This document shows, one piece after another, positions 8,601 through 17,591 of a DNA stretch of 62,360 nucleotides. Origin of the DNA: Candidatus Woesearchaeota archaeon (lineage in GTDB: Archaea; Nanobdellota; Nanobdellia; Pacearchaeales; UBA284); assembly GCA_964413705.1 (NCBI GenBank), contig CAYPSK010000001.1, positions 1-62,360 of the forward strand, given 5' to 3'. A program made the translations under genes and the position numbers. Position 1 is the stretch's first letter, and each line of letters opens with the position of its first letter. Below the pieces are notes generated by a model that made no database searches, had not been told where the DNA came from, and saw nothing but the letters and a program-made list of their open reading frames with translations.

Positions 8601-9950
8601 TTAAAATCCTTTTGCACATTCTAAACAAAGCTGATCCAATGAAGAAATCCTCCCATTTGAAAGCTTTGTGACAGTATTCAAAATATCCTCTGGTTGAGAA
8701 AAATATAATCCATCAAGTTTTAACTGAGCCTGCATTTCAGGAACAGATTTTACAGCCCCAATAAGTTCTCCTGGTTTAGTTGTTTTCCCATAAGGACAAT
8801 ACTTGTCTAAAAGTAACATTGCCATGAACGCATAAAGTTCTGTTGCCCCTTTTTCCTTAAGTGCACCTATTCTCTCCCCTGATTGTGATCCTCTAACCAT
8901 TGAATCATCTATCAAAATAAAAGAATGCCCCCTAATGAGAGACTCAATTGCATTCAATTTTTTTCTAGCTTCTTTTAATTGATCTTCCTGGTTAGCACGA
9001 GTAAAACTTCTATCTGAATAAGGGTATCTATAAAATGGAAGTGAAAAAGGAATTCCTGATTCCCAATGGAATCCAAGAGCATGATATATTCCCGAATTAG
9101 GAAATGGCGCAATAAAATCTGCTTTAACAGGGTATCTTTTTGCTAAAGCCCTACCGCATTCTATTCTAAATTGGGCCACATTTATTCCATCAATAATTGA
9201 ATCTGGGTCTGCAGTGTAAATCCATTCAAAAGTCCCTAAACATACTGGAACATCAAATTGTTTAATAGTTTTAATTCCATCTTCATTTATTAATACAACT
9301 TCTCCGGGATTAACATCTCTTACAATATCAAACCCGGCATTATCAAAAGAAACGCTCTCTGAAGAAACCATATATCTCGGTTTTTTAATTGAAGGATCTT
9401 TTTTACTTGGATCTTTCCGACCCAATATCAAGGGTTTTCTCCCATAACCTCGTGCAGCATAAATTCCTTCTTCTCTTAAAGCAACCACCGCAAAATCTCC
9501 TCTCAAAACATCCAATAATTTTTCAATCCCCGTAGCAAATTCCCTCTCACCAGCAATAATCCTGGAAATAATTACAGAATCGTTGACTTCTTTTGGCTTA
9601 TGGTGCCCAGTAAATACCGCCCCATTATCTAAGAACTTAGATCTTAAATCAAGATAGTTAATGACATTCCCGTCAAAAGCAAGAAGCATACCGCCTGCTT
9701 GAGAAAATGAAGAAACTGGTTGTCTATCTGTAGTCACACATCCTATGCCTGCTGCCCCATAAAGAATTTCAGCTCGTTTCTCGGGAAATTTTTCACCTAA
9801 TTTGCCTTCATGAGTTATTGGTTTCATGCCTCTTCCATCAGATAACCCAAGTCCACAGTAATCCTGTGCTCTATGTTGCAGATAGTGCGTACCTAAAAGT
9901 AAATCATCCCTGCATCCTGTATCTGAAAAAACCCCACATATTCCTGCCAT
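8601..9950 (-). CDS. purF: Amidophosphoribosyltransferase-like protein (class II glutamine amidotransferase + PRTase domains)
   Basis: N-terminal MAGICGVF (Ntn Cys nucleophile) and a C-terminal PRPP-binding loop FILIDDSMVRGSQS. Confidence 0.7.
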   Translation of the reverse strand: MAGICGVFSDTGCRDDLLLGTHYLQHRAQDYCGLGLSDGRGMKPITHEGKLGEKFPEKRAEILYGAAGIGCVTTDRQPVSSFSQAGGMLLAFDGNVINYLDLRSKFLDNGAVFTGHHKPKEVNDSVIISRIIAGEREFATGIEKLLDVLRGDFAVVALREEGIYAARGYGRKPLILGRKDPSKKDPSIKKPRYMVSSESVSFDNAGFDIVRDVNPGEVVLINEDGIKTIKQFDVPVCLGTFEWIYTADPDSIIDGINVAQFRIECGRALAKRYPVKADFIAPFPNSGIYHALGFHWESGIPFSLPFYRYPYSDRSFTRANQEDQLKEARKKLNAIESLIRGHSFILIDDSMVRGSQSGERIGALKEKGATELYAFMAMLLLDKYCPYGKTTKPGELIGAVKSVPEMQAQLKLDGLYFSQPEDILNTVTKLSNGRISSLDQLCLECAKGF

Positions 9951-10021
9951 TAAAAACCAGATTTTTATGCTTTTTAAATAATATGGTAATAAAATGCTAT
10001 AAAAATATTATAAAATAATAA

Positions 10022-10867
10022 TCAAGAACTTGCTTCAATCATGTCCTCGTTCTCAAGAATTACTTCTGGCTTGCCTTGATACAATTGAATTTTTCCCTTA
10101 ACCCTTACCAATTTATTTGCATATATCTCTGGATCATTGAACTTCTTTAAATCAGACTTAAAAATGACTGCAGTAAAACATGAATTTGGATAGGGCTTTT
10201 CAAAATTAATGAAAGTTGTTGAACTTGAGCTTTTATAGACATCAACAATCTTGCCCTGAATAATTTTTTCCTGCCCAATAAAATTGCCTGCATCACAAGC
10301 CAGGATAACATCTCTCTCATTTCCAATTAATCCTGTCCAAGCCCCTTCATTCTGGATATTGCTCCCAGGCAGCCAAGTTGAATTTTCCCATTTGCAACCG
10401 ATTCTATTTTCTCTTGCAAAATTTTCAGCACCAATAAAATCCCCTTGATACTTATCTTCTTCATTAGTCCTTGCAACAACAAATCCCTCTTGGACAAGCT
10501 TTAAGTTGATATTCTCTCCATTAAAAAGAACATATCTCAAATACCGGTCATAAATATCTTTGTCTTCTTTGCCTTGTTCAAGATAAACTTCTTTTCCAAG
10601 AACAAGCTCTTCAAGCTTTTCCTTGGCAGCAAAATAACAAGGATATCCTTTTTCATCAGCATCCATTCCAAGCATCCTCACACTCTCGCCGCCTGCAATG
10701 AATGTGTCTCCATCAATTATCTTTGTTACAGTCTTCATCTCCCTAATACCCTGGGTTGTTCCACTAGTCATGCTCCTTAATAACGCCCCATGATTATAAG
10801 TCAAGAAAAAGATAATTATCAAAACCAATAAAACTCCGAAAATACTCAAGATTTTCCCTTTTTTCAT
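10022..10867 (-). CDS. Secreted/membrane-anchored thermonuclease (SNase-like) with C-terminal OB-like domain
   Basis: N-terminal TM/signal (ILSIFGVLLVLIIIFF). SNase motif VTKIIDGDTFIAGGESVRMLGMDADEKG ... YDRYLRYV. Confidence 0.7.
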   Translation of the reverse strand: MKKGKILSIFGVLLVLIIIFFLTYNHGALLRSMTSGTTQGIREMKTVTKIIDGDTFIAGGESVRMLGMDADEKGYPCYFAAKEKLEELVLGKEVYLEQGKEDKDIYDRYLRYVLFNGENINLKLVQEGFVVARTNEEDKYQGDFIGAENFARENRIGCKWENSTWLPGSNIQNEGAWTGLIGNERDVILACDAGNFIGQEKIIQGKIVDVYKSSSSTTFINFEKPYPNSCFTAVIFKSDLKKFNDPEIYANKLVRVKGKIQLYQGKPEVILENEDMIEASS

Positions 10868-10961
10868 ATAGTTAAGGGTAAAAATACTATTTTAATTTAA
10901 CTATTCTAAAACATACTTTTTTGTTCACAAAGCTTTTTATATGCCCATTATTTAGAAAATC

Positions 10962-11084
10962 ATGGCAAAAAAAGTAAAGAAAAAAGAGGCATATGAAAAA
11001 ATAGAGGCTGAAATCAATAAAGATTTCAATCTTGAAACACCAGAAGAAAATCTTGAAAACAAAGATTTAAGATACATTGGATAA
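10962..11084 (+). CDS. Possible 40-aa charged micro-protein (MAKKVKKKEAYEKIEAEINKDF...)
   Basis: An ATG ORF in an otherwise empty 300-nt spacer. There is no homology evidence, so it could be non-coding. Confidence 0.2.
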   Translation: MAKKVKKKEAYEKIEAEINKDFNLETPEENLENKDLRYIG

Positions 11085-11108
11085 AATTTGCAAAACCTTT
11101 TTAAAAAT

Positions 11109-11140
11109 AAAGCGCATAATTACTGATTAAGGCGCATAAA
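11109..11140 (+). repeat. Bipartite GCGCA motif, copy a (AAAGCGCATAATTACTGATTAAGGCGCATAAA)
   Basis: Two GCGCA cores exactly 20 nt apart with an AATTACT centre, 27 nt upstream of the HIT gene ATG. Confidence 0.7.
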
Positions 11141-11166
11141 AAATTTTAATTCAATTATAAATCAAA

Positions 11167-11604
11167 ATGTCAGATAAAAAAGATTGCATTTTCTGCAAGA
11201 TTATCAAAGGAGAAATTCCTTGTTATAAAGTATATGAAGATGAAGATTTCTTTGCCATGCTAGACATTCATCCAGTAAACCCCGGCCATCTTCTTTTGAT
11301 GCCAAAAAAACATTCAGATACTTTTCTTGAAACAGATGACAAAATAATTGAAAAAATTTTTGTGGTTGCTAAAAAATTAGCAGAATCAATTTCAAGGCCC
11401 CTAAAAACAAATGATTTCAGCTTCACAATCAATAATGGAGAACTTGCCGGGCAGATTGTCCAACATCTCCATATACATATTATCCCTAGATTCAAAGAAG
11501 ATAATTTTATAAATTGGCCAAACAAAGCCCTTTCAGATGAAGAGATGAAAAAGATTACAGAGAAGATAAAGAATTCCTTAAAAGAAAAAACAACCCAGTT
11601 CTAA
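11167..11604 (+). CDS. HIT-family (histidine triad) nucleotide hydrolase/transferase
   Basis: CIFCKII N-terminus and the histidine triad HLHIHIIPR. Confidence 0.85.
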   Translation: MSDKKDCIFCKIIKGEIPCYKVYEDEDFFAMLDIHPVNPGHLLLMPKKHSDTFLETDDKIIEKIFVVAKKLAESISRPLKTNDFSFTINNGELAGQIVQHLHIHIIPRFKEDNFINWPNKALSDEEMKKITEKIKNSLKEKTTQF

Positions 11605-11629
11605 CTAGAATCATAAAAAGGGAAAAAAT

Positions 11630-11827
11630 TTATTTGCCAAAAAACTTTATCAGCAAGGGTATCATCAAAATTACCCCAAATATCAAGTACCAATACCATT
11701 CTAGTGCAAGAATTCCAGACCATAATTTGGCAATCATCAAGGCAAATGCTAAAACACATAACTTCAACAAAGAAATATGCCACCACTTATACCTCTTGAT
11801 TACCTTATTTAGATAACTAAAACACAT
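11630..11827 (-). CDS. Possible small two-TM membrane protein
   Basis: A 65-aa ORF with two hydrophobic helices. Overlapping ORFs exist on both strands, so coding is uncertain. Confidence 0.3.
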   Translation of the reverse strand: MCFSYLNKVIKRYKWWHISLLKLCVLAFALMIAKLWSGILALEWYWYLIFGVILMIPLLIKFFGK

Positions 11828-11889
11828 TTTATACCTCCTTTCAGTTTATTCTCTATTAAGAACAAAAAGAACTAATTCTTTATAAAGTC

Positions 11890-13479
11890 TTGCCCATTTT
11901 TCTAATCATGGCATTTGAATCTCCGATTATAACAAAGCCGAAAATAGAGCCAAGAGCCTATCAATCTTCCATTGTTGAAACATGCAAAAAAAAGAACTGC
12001 TTAGTTATCCTGCCGACAGGAATGGGCAAGACCCTAATTGCACTGATGCTGGCTCAAGAGCGTCTAAAAATCTATCCTAATTCAAAGATTCTCCTTCTTG
12101 CTCCTACAAGACCCTTAGTTGAACAACACTTTGATTCATTTAAAAAAGATTTCCTAGACTCTAAAAACTATGAGATGCACATCTTCACAGGAAAGATAAA
12201 CTCCTCAAAACGTTCAGAAATATGGAAAAGAGCACAAATAATTTTTTCAACGCCACAGTGTATCCATAATGACTTAGAAAAAGGCATACTCGACCTAAAA
12301 GATGTTTCTTTATTAATCGAAGATGAATGCCACAGATGCCTAAAAAATTATTCCTATACCTATGTTTCAAAAAAATATAAAGAACAAGCATTGCATGAGA
12401 GAATCCTTGGCCTGACAGCATCTCCAGGCTCTGATAAAGAAAAAGTCTGGGAAATCTGTGACAACCTGAATATAGAAGAAGTTGAAGTTCGAACTAGGGA
12501 CTCTGAAGACGTTTCTCCTTATATTCAAAAACTTACATTTGACCTTATCAAGATTGAATTTCCCCAAGAACTTCGAGATATCAGAGTTCTTTTAAAAACC
12601 CTTTATGATAAAAGAATTGAAGAACTTCAAAATCGCAAGCTTATCTTTAAACAAGTCACTAAAATTACTCTTCTTGAACTTCAAGCAAAACTAAGGAATA
12701 TGGTCATTCAGGGAAATAAAAATTTTAATGTCCTCAGGGGGATTTCAGTCTGTGCCCAAGCAATCAAAATAGGCCATGCTCTAGAACTTCTTGAAACACA
12801 AACTCTTGAAACACTGGTAAATTATCTCAATGACATGCACAATCAAGCTAAAGAGAAGAAAAGCAAGGGTGTTGTGCAGATAGTTAATTCAAACTATTTT
12901 CAAGATGCCTATCTCTTAGCAACAAATTTATATGAACAGGGATTTGAACATCCAAAAATCCAAAAACTTAAAGACACTGTTCTTGAAGAGATAAAGAAGA
13001 ATCCAAATGCCAAAATCCTTATCTTCTCGCAGTACAGAGACACTGTTTCCAAGATAAAGAATGAACTTGAAAAAAAAGGCATAAAAGCAGCGATATTCAT
13101 TGGACAAGCAAAGAAAAAATTAACAGGTCTCTCACAGAAAGAACAACACCAAGTCCTTCATAGGTTCAAGCAAGGAGAAATAAATGCACTCATCGCAACA
13201 TCAATTGGCGAGGAAGGTCTAGATATTCCTGAAGTCAACCTAGTCATTTTTTATGAGCCTATCCCAAGCGCAATCAGAAAGATTCAGAGAGCAGGAAGAA
13301 CAGCTAGACTAAAGCCGGGAAAACTTGTAATTCTCATGACTCAAGGCACACGCGATGAATCTCATCACTGGGCAGCGCATCATAAAGAGAAAAAGATGTA
13401 TAACATCCTTGATCAAGTCAAGAATGATTTAAGAAAAGATGCCCTGAAAGGAGATAAAAAACAAAAAACCTTATTTTAA
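11890..13479 (+). CDS. hef: Hef/FANCM-type SF2 helicase (helicase part only)
   Basis: Walker A LPTGMGKT, DEAH-type box IEDECHR, the inserted helical domain between RecA lobes, and motif VI QRAGRTAR. The likely start is the ATG at 11908. There is no ERCC4 nuclease domain in this ORF. Confidence 0.75.
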   Translation: MPIFLIMAFESPIITKPKIEPRAYQSSIVETCKKKNCLVILPTGMGKTLIALMLAQERLKIYPNSKILLLAPTRPLVEQHFDSFKKDFLDSKNYEMHIFTGKINSSKRSEIWKRAQIIFSTPQCIHNDLEKGILDLKDVSLLIEDECHRCLKNYSYTYVSKKYKEQALHERILGLTASPGSDKEKVWEICDNLNIEEVEVRTRDSEDVSPYIQKLTFDLIKIEFPQELRDIRVLLKTLYDKRIEELQNRKLIFKQVTKITLLELQAKLRNMVIQGNKNFNVLRGISVCAQAIKIGHALELLETQTLETLVNYLNDMHNQAKEKKSKGVVQIVNSNYFQDAYLLATNLYEQGFEHPKIQKLKDTVLEEIKKNPNAKILIFSQYRDTVSKIKNELEKKGIKAAIFIGQAKKKLTGLSQKEQHQVLHRFKQGEINALIATSIGEEGLDIPEVNLVIFYEPIPSAIRKIQRAGRTARLKPGKLVILMTQGTRDESHHWAAHHKEKKMYNILDQVKNDLRKDALKGDKKQKTLF

Positions 13480-13551
13480 GATCAGCCAAAATCTTTAAAA
13501 AGAAAGAGCACCATCAAAAGGATAAATTAAATAAGGAAATACCAAAAGAAA

Positions 13552-13776
13552 ATGCCCGAAGGTGGATTAGACCTTGCTCTTGCTGTAGCCAACACCCATG
13601 GTCCAGGGATTGCTCTTTCAATGTTAATTGGTACAAATAAACAGAGATTTGAAGAGTGCCAAAAAACTGGAGAAAGTATACTGGGTGAAGATATGCATAT
13701 AGGCCCAATTTCAGAGAGGCGTACAGAAGGCACAAAAAGATATCGTTGTGAACATTGCAATACTTGGTATTCATAA
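13552..13776 (+). CDS. Possible 74-aa protein in a GC-rich segment (alternative: structured RNA)
   Basis: The ORF has G-rich first codon positions (gaa ggt gga gac gct gct gta gcc ...), suggesting real coding. One CxxC (RYRCEHCNTW). The local GC is far above background and ORFs are open on both strands. Confidence 0.3.
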   Translation: MPEGGLDLALAVANTHGPGIALSMLIGTNKQRFEECQKTGESILGEDMHIGPISERRTEGTKRYRCEHCNTWYS

Positions 13777-14029
13777 ACAAAACATGGAAAAAGAAAATAA
13801 AATTATTGTATACAGCACCCAACAGTGCCCTTGGTGTCATGTTGCAAAGAACTTTTTTAAAGAACATGGCATAGAATTTCAGGATATGGATGTTGGTAAA
13901 GATAGAAAAGCAGCTCAAGAGATGGTTGAAAAATCTGGGCAAATGGGTGTTCCGGTAATAGATATCAATGGCTCAATCATCATTGGTTTTAATGAAGCAA
14001 AAATAAGGCAACTCTTAAAGATAGAATAA
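13748..14029 (+). CDS. Glutaredoxin/NrdH-like small redox protein
   Basis: IIVYSTQQCPWCHVAKNFFKEHGIEFQDMDV ... GVPVIDING is the classical Grx fold signature with a CPWC active site. The likely start is the ATG at 13784. Confidence 0.75.
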   Translation: MNIAILGIHKQNMEKENKIIVYSTQQCPWCHVAKNFFKEHGIEFQDMDVGKDRKAAQEMVEKSGQMGVPVIDINGSIIIGFNEAKIRQLLKIE

Positions 14030-14037
14030 GAATTCTT

Positions 14038-14652
14038 TCAATCAGGATAAGGAAACTCGAGAATCTTTTTCATTTCCCCGCTCTTATTTTTATCTAAATA
14101 TTTTTCTAAGTCTTCTTTCTTCGAATTAATGATTTTTTTTATTGTTTTAAATTCTTTTAAAAGTAGTTTAGCAGTTCTAGGCCCTATTCCTGGAAAACTT
14201 TCAAGAACAATCTGCTGTCTCTCTTGAATTGTATGCCCTATCCTTTTCATCTTTAAACTATTTTCATGTGGTTTTTTATCCTGTTTCTTATCCAATAAAA
14301 TAAAGAATTCTGCTGTTTCTTGAGAACTTTTTGAAAATATAATGGGAATATTAAAATCTAAAATAATAGACAACAACATGCCCCTAACTGCATTTGGATG
14401 AACTCCTCCTCTTGATTCATCTCCTTCCAGAATAAGAAGCTGTCTCGGAAACTGCTTCAAGTTCTGCAACTGAACCATCAATCTTTTTGAAATCATACTA
14501 GAAATAAAATCACTTAAAGTCTTTCTTTCTATTGCGATGTCTCCGATAATATAATCTCCAACTTCAAGATGTTCTAGCTTAACATCCTGGCCTCTTCCAA
14601 TTAATTCAGACAATACAAATGAATTCTTTTCCCTAAAATCCACTAAAATCAT
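14038..14652 (-). CDS. ERCC4 (XPF/Hef-type) structure-specific nuclease with C-terminal (HhH)2
   Basis: GDYIIGDIAIERKTLSDF matches the ERCC4 motif GDx(n)ERKx3D. C-terminal LESFPGIGPRTAKLLLKEF is a helix-hairpin-helix. Confidence 0.8.
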   Translation of the reverse strand: MILVDFREKNSFVLSELIGRGQDVKLEHLEVGDYIIGDIAIERKTLSDFISSMISKRLMVQLQNLKQFPRQLLILEGDESRGGVHPNAVRGMLLSIILDFNIPIIFSKSSQETAEFFILLDKKQDKKPHENSLKMKRIGHTIQERQQIVLESFPGIGPRTAKLLLKEFKTIKKIINSKKEDLEKYLDKNKSGEMKKILEFPYPD

Positions 14653-15170
14653 TTTAAAATAAATCTTTCAATATCTTCATAGACCGACCCCTTTGAAGTC
14701 AAAATTGATTTTTTAAGGACAAACTCTCCAACTTTGAATTCAATTGGCTTAACATTAATCTTTTTTATCTTACCTAAAAATTCTTTTTTATCGAGAATGC
14801 TTTTGATTCTTGCAAGAGTTATATGTGACTCAAAACCCCCTGGTTTATTCCCTAATATTTTCTCAATTTCTTCGTATAAAGCCCTTACTTTATCAGCAGG
14901 TTCAACACCAACCCATAAAACCCTTATAAGTTTTTCAGAAGGAAAAATACCTATCTTGCCAAGATTTGCTAAAAATGAACTTAATTTAATTTTTCTTATT
15001 TTTTCCCGAATCTTTGCAATATCTTTTTCATCAATCTCTCCCAAAAACTTCAAAGTCAGATGCAAATTCTCCTTTTCAACATATTTTCCAGAAAAACTAA
15101 ACTCTTTTCCAATTCTTACCAATTCATTCTTGACTTCATCTGGAACCTCAATAGCTAAAAAACACCTCAT
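14649..15170 (-). CDS. thpR: RNA 2',3'-cyclic phosphodiesterase / 2'-5' RNA ligase (2H phosphoesterase)
   Basis: Two HxTx motifs (HLTLKFLG and HITLARI) at the expected spacing. ATGA overlap with the ERCC4 gene. Confidence 0.8.
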   Translation of the reverse strand: MRCFLAIEVPDEVKNELVRIGKEFSFSGKYVEKENLHLTLKFLGEIDEKDIAKIREKIRKIKLSSFLANLGKIGIFPSEKLIRVLWVGVEPADKVRALYEEIEKILGNKPGGFESHITLARIKSILDKKEFLGKIKKINVKPIEFKVGEFVLKKSILTSKGSVYEDIERFILK

Positions 15171-15211
15171 AATATTAGAATAAATCTTAAGTTAATAATC
15201 TTTTCATCAAT

Positions 15212-15856
15212 CTAATGATGAAACGCATGCAAAGGATTCTGATTCAGTTTAATTTTAGCACTGACTATCTCATGGGTTTCTTTGCAGTCTGCTTGCCTCT
15301 CTTTTCTATGCTCTTTAGCAAAAAGCTGTAAAAGAATTCCACAACCCACTAGGCATAATATTCCCACAATAAGGAAAACAGGCCTAAAACCTATTTTTCC
15401 TGCAAGTGCCGAACCCCCAAGAGCTGCAAACGCAGTTCCAAATCCAACAGAACTTGAATAAATAGACCACTCCCATCCTCTTCGATTTTTATCCAGGTTG
15501 CCTGCAAATAATGAAAACCAGGCCGGATTAGCTAATCCTGCACCAATTCCATTTATTGTTGCAGCAACATAAATCCAAGTCAAGTTTTCAGCAAAAAAAT
15601 AAAGAAAAGGAACTGAAGCAATTAAAAGGGTCCCGCATACAGCCATATAATACCTATGTTTCGCTTTTGCAAAAAACCCAAATAACAACTGTAAAGAGCA
15701 CCTTATCATAATAGTTATTGTGCTTGCTATTCCAACTGCTGCTAGGGTTGCCCCAATATTTTCTTTAATAAAAATAGCAAGAATAGGAGAAACCAAACCA
15801 AATCCAGTTAAGACAAAAAGATCTGAGAATATCAATAATTTTAAAGTTCTTTTCAT
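15212..15856 (-). CDS. MFS-type transporter, half-length (about 6 TM); possibly truncated
   Basis: An MFS-like N-terminal half (LIFSDLFVLTGFGLVSPILAIF ...). The ORF ends after about TM6 in a charged tail, and no second half follows. Confidence 0.5.
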   Translation of the reverse strand: MKRTLKLLIFSDLFVLTGFGLVSPILAIFIKENIGATLAAVGIASTITIMIRCSLQLLFGFFAKAKHRYYMAVCGTLLIASVPFLYFFAENLTWIYVAATINGIGAGLANPAWFSLFAGNLDKNRRGWEWSIYSSSVGFGTAFAALGGSALAGKIGFRPVFLIVGILCLVGCGILLQLFAKEHRKERQADCKETHEIVSAKIKLNQNPLHAFHH

Positions 15857-15892
15857 TTTTCCTCTTTTTTTATCGCCTTTTTACTGCTTTTG

Positions 15893-16690
15893 TTACTTCT
15901 TTATGCTACGCTCTTTCTCAACCAAATCAATAATCATCCCTGATATTAAATTAAGAGAGTTATTATTTAAATCTTTTCCCACATTTAATTCAACAAGATC
16001 CATAGCCACAAAATTTTTCAAATCAAAAATCCTCTTCAAGAAATTCTTTACTTGATCTAAATTAAGTCCATCCTCTTCAAGATAACCTGTTGCATCAAGA
16101 AGTTTTGGATCCAAAACATCAACATCTAGACTTAGATATACGCCTTCAAATTCTTCAAGCTCTTTCCACTTCTCTTCATTTTTTAAAAAACCCCCAATTT
16201 CTCCCTTTTTTATTATCTTAATCTTATTTTTTTCAAAAAAATCCCGTTCTTCTTTGAAAATCTTTCTTGCCCCAATAATTACCAAGTTTTCTGGCTCAAA
16301 ACCTTGCTCAATTAGCGCCCTAAGCCACTCTTCGTGACTTGGCTCCTGCATTGCCTGCATAAGATCAACATGAGCATCCATCACAAATAAAAAGGAATTA
16401 TAGACCTGCCTAAAGGCATTTGCAAGCGGATAAGAAATAGAGTGATCTCCCCCTAAAAAAAGTATTTTCTCTTCACTACTCTTATGTTCTCTAAAAATCT
16501 TAATTGCCTCTGAAAAAATCACTCTTTGCGTCTCTTGAACATTATTATTATCCAAGTTAAATTCAACAACACTATACTTTAATTTCTTTTTCCTTAACTC
16601 TCTCTCAATCATGCAAGGACTATCTTCACATCCCCTAGTTCTCCCTAACCCATTTATTCCTGGAACTTTGACAAGTATCATGCTAAACAA
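15893..16690 (-). CDS. Ureohydrolase family protein (agmatinase/arginase-like)
   Basis: Mn-ligand motifs GGDHSISYP, DAHVDL and SLDVDVLDP. Confidence 0.8.
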   Translation of the reverse strand: MFSMILVKVPGINGLGRTRGCEDSPCMIERELRKKKLKYSVVEFNLDNNNVQETQRVIFSEAIKIFREHKSSEEKILFLGGDHSISYPLANAFRQVYNSFLFVMDAHVDLMQAMQEPSHEEWLRALIEQGFEPENLVIIGARKIFKEERDFFEKNKIKIIKKGEIGGFLKNEEKWKELEEFEGVYLSLDVDVLDPKLLDATGYLEEDGLNLDQVKNFLKRIFDLKNFVAMDLVELNVGKDLNNNSLNLISGMIIDLVEKERSIKK

Positions 16691-16736
16691 AAATAAGGCA
16701 TTTTAAATACATATCTAAAAGTAAACACCAATTTTT

Positions 16737-16766
16737 AAGCGCACTATTACTAACTAAGGCGCAGAG
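16737..16766 (+). repeat. Bipartite GCGCA motif, copy b (AAGCGCACTATTACTAACTAAGGCGCAGAG)
   Basis: GCGCA cores at 16739 and 16759 (20-nt spacing), in the divergent spacer between the ureohydrolase and the pilin-like gene. Confidence 0.7.
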
Positions 16767-16883
16767 ATTATAATTAATAATAGAACATATAGAGATAACT
16801 TATAAAAATATGCCCAAAAATACCAAAAGTTTAAAAATATGATTTATCCTATTAATGTATCATTATATTATTAAGTAATAAAA

Positions 16884-17591
16884 ATGGAAAATAAAAGAGG
16901 TCAATTAACTATATTTATAATTGTTGCTGTGGCAATTATTGTCCTAGTTCTTGTATTTTATTTTGGTGTCTTCAGAAATACTCAAACAAGAAATGAAAAT
17001 GATGCCAAAGCAATCAAAGCTTACATCACAGACTCTATTGAAACACGAATAATTAATAATATACTCCTGGTCTCAAACCAGGGCGGTTATGGCCTAGTTC
17101 CTGACGAACACTTTTTAACCCCTTTTTATCAAGTTGGCTTCTGGGTCAATGGCAATGAAACATTCTATCCTTCACTAACTGAAATTGAAGGCAACATTAA
17201 CTACCTAAATTATCTCTTAGGAGATATAGATTTGAACACAGTCTTTCCAGGGTATAATATAACCACCGGAGCATTGCATACAAACACTACAATCCTTCCA
17301 GAAAAAGTAATTGTTTCAATTGACTGGCCAATCACAATTAGAAAAGGAAACTCTGTTCAAACACTTGACAAATTTGATTATACTTATAATATAAGGCTTG
17401 GCAGACTATATAATGAAGCAGCCCAGGTAGCAGAAGCTGTCGCAAACAGAAACCTCCCCGAGAACATCAATCCAGAATTTAACCTAACTATCTACCAATA
17501 TGACGATGCTTCACTCTATGAAATTAAAGATACTAATAAAAATTATGGGATAAATAATGAATACTTCACGCTAGTATTTGCAGGAAAATAA
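16884..17591 (+). CDS. Secreted protein with class III (type IV pilin-like) signal peptide
   Basis: The N-terminus MENKRGQLTIFIIVAVAIIVLVLVF has a basic residue, G|Q and then a hydrophobic helix, as in archaeal prepilin peptidase substrates. The rest is not recognised. Confidence 0.5.
   Translation: MENKRGQLTIFIIVAVAIIVLVLVFYFGVFRNTQTRNENDAKAIKAYITDSIETRIINNILLVSNQGGYGLVPDEHFLTPFYQVGFWVNGNETFYPSLTEIEGNINYLNYLLGDIDLNTVFPGYNITTGALHTNTTILPEKVIVSIDWPITIRKGNSVQTLDKFDYTYNIRLGRLYNEAAQVAEAVANRNLPENINPEFNLTIYQYDDASLYEIKDTNKNYGINNEYFTLVFAGK

Noticed and set aside
13514-13942. Minus-strand ORFs 13514..13942 and 13527..13760
   Set aside because: They overlap each other, the + strand ORF and the well-supported glutaredoxin gene. 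Their peptides look random and hydrophobic. They are open only because the segment is locally GC-rich.
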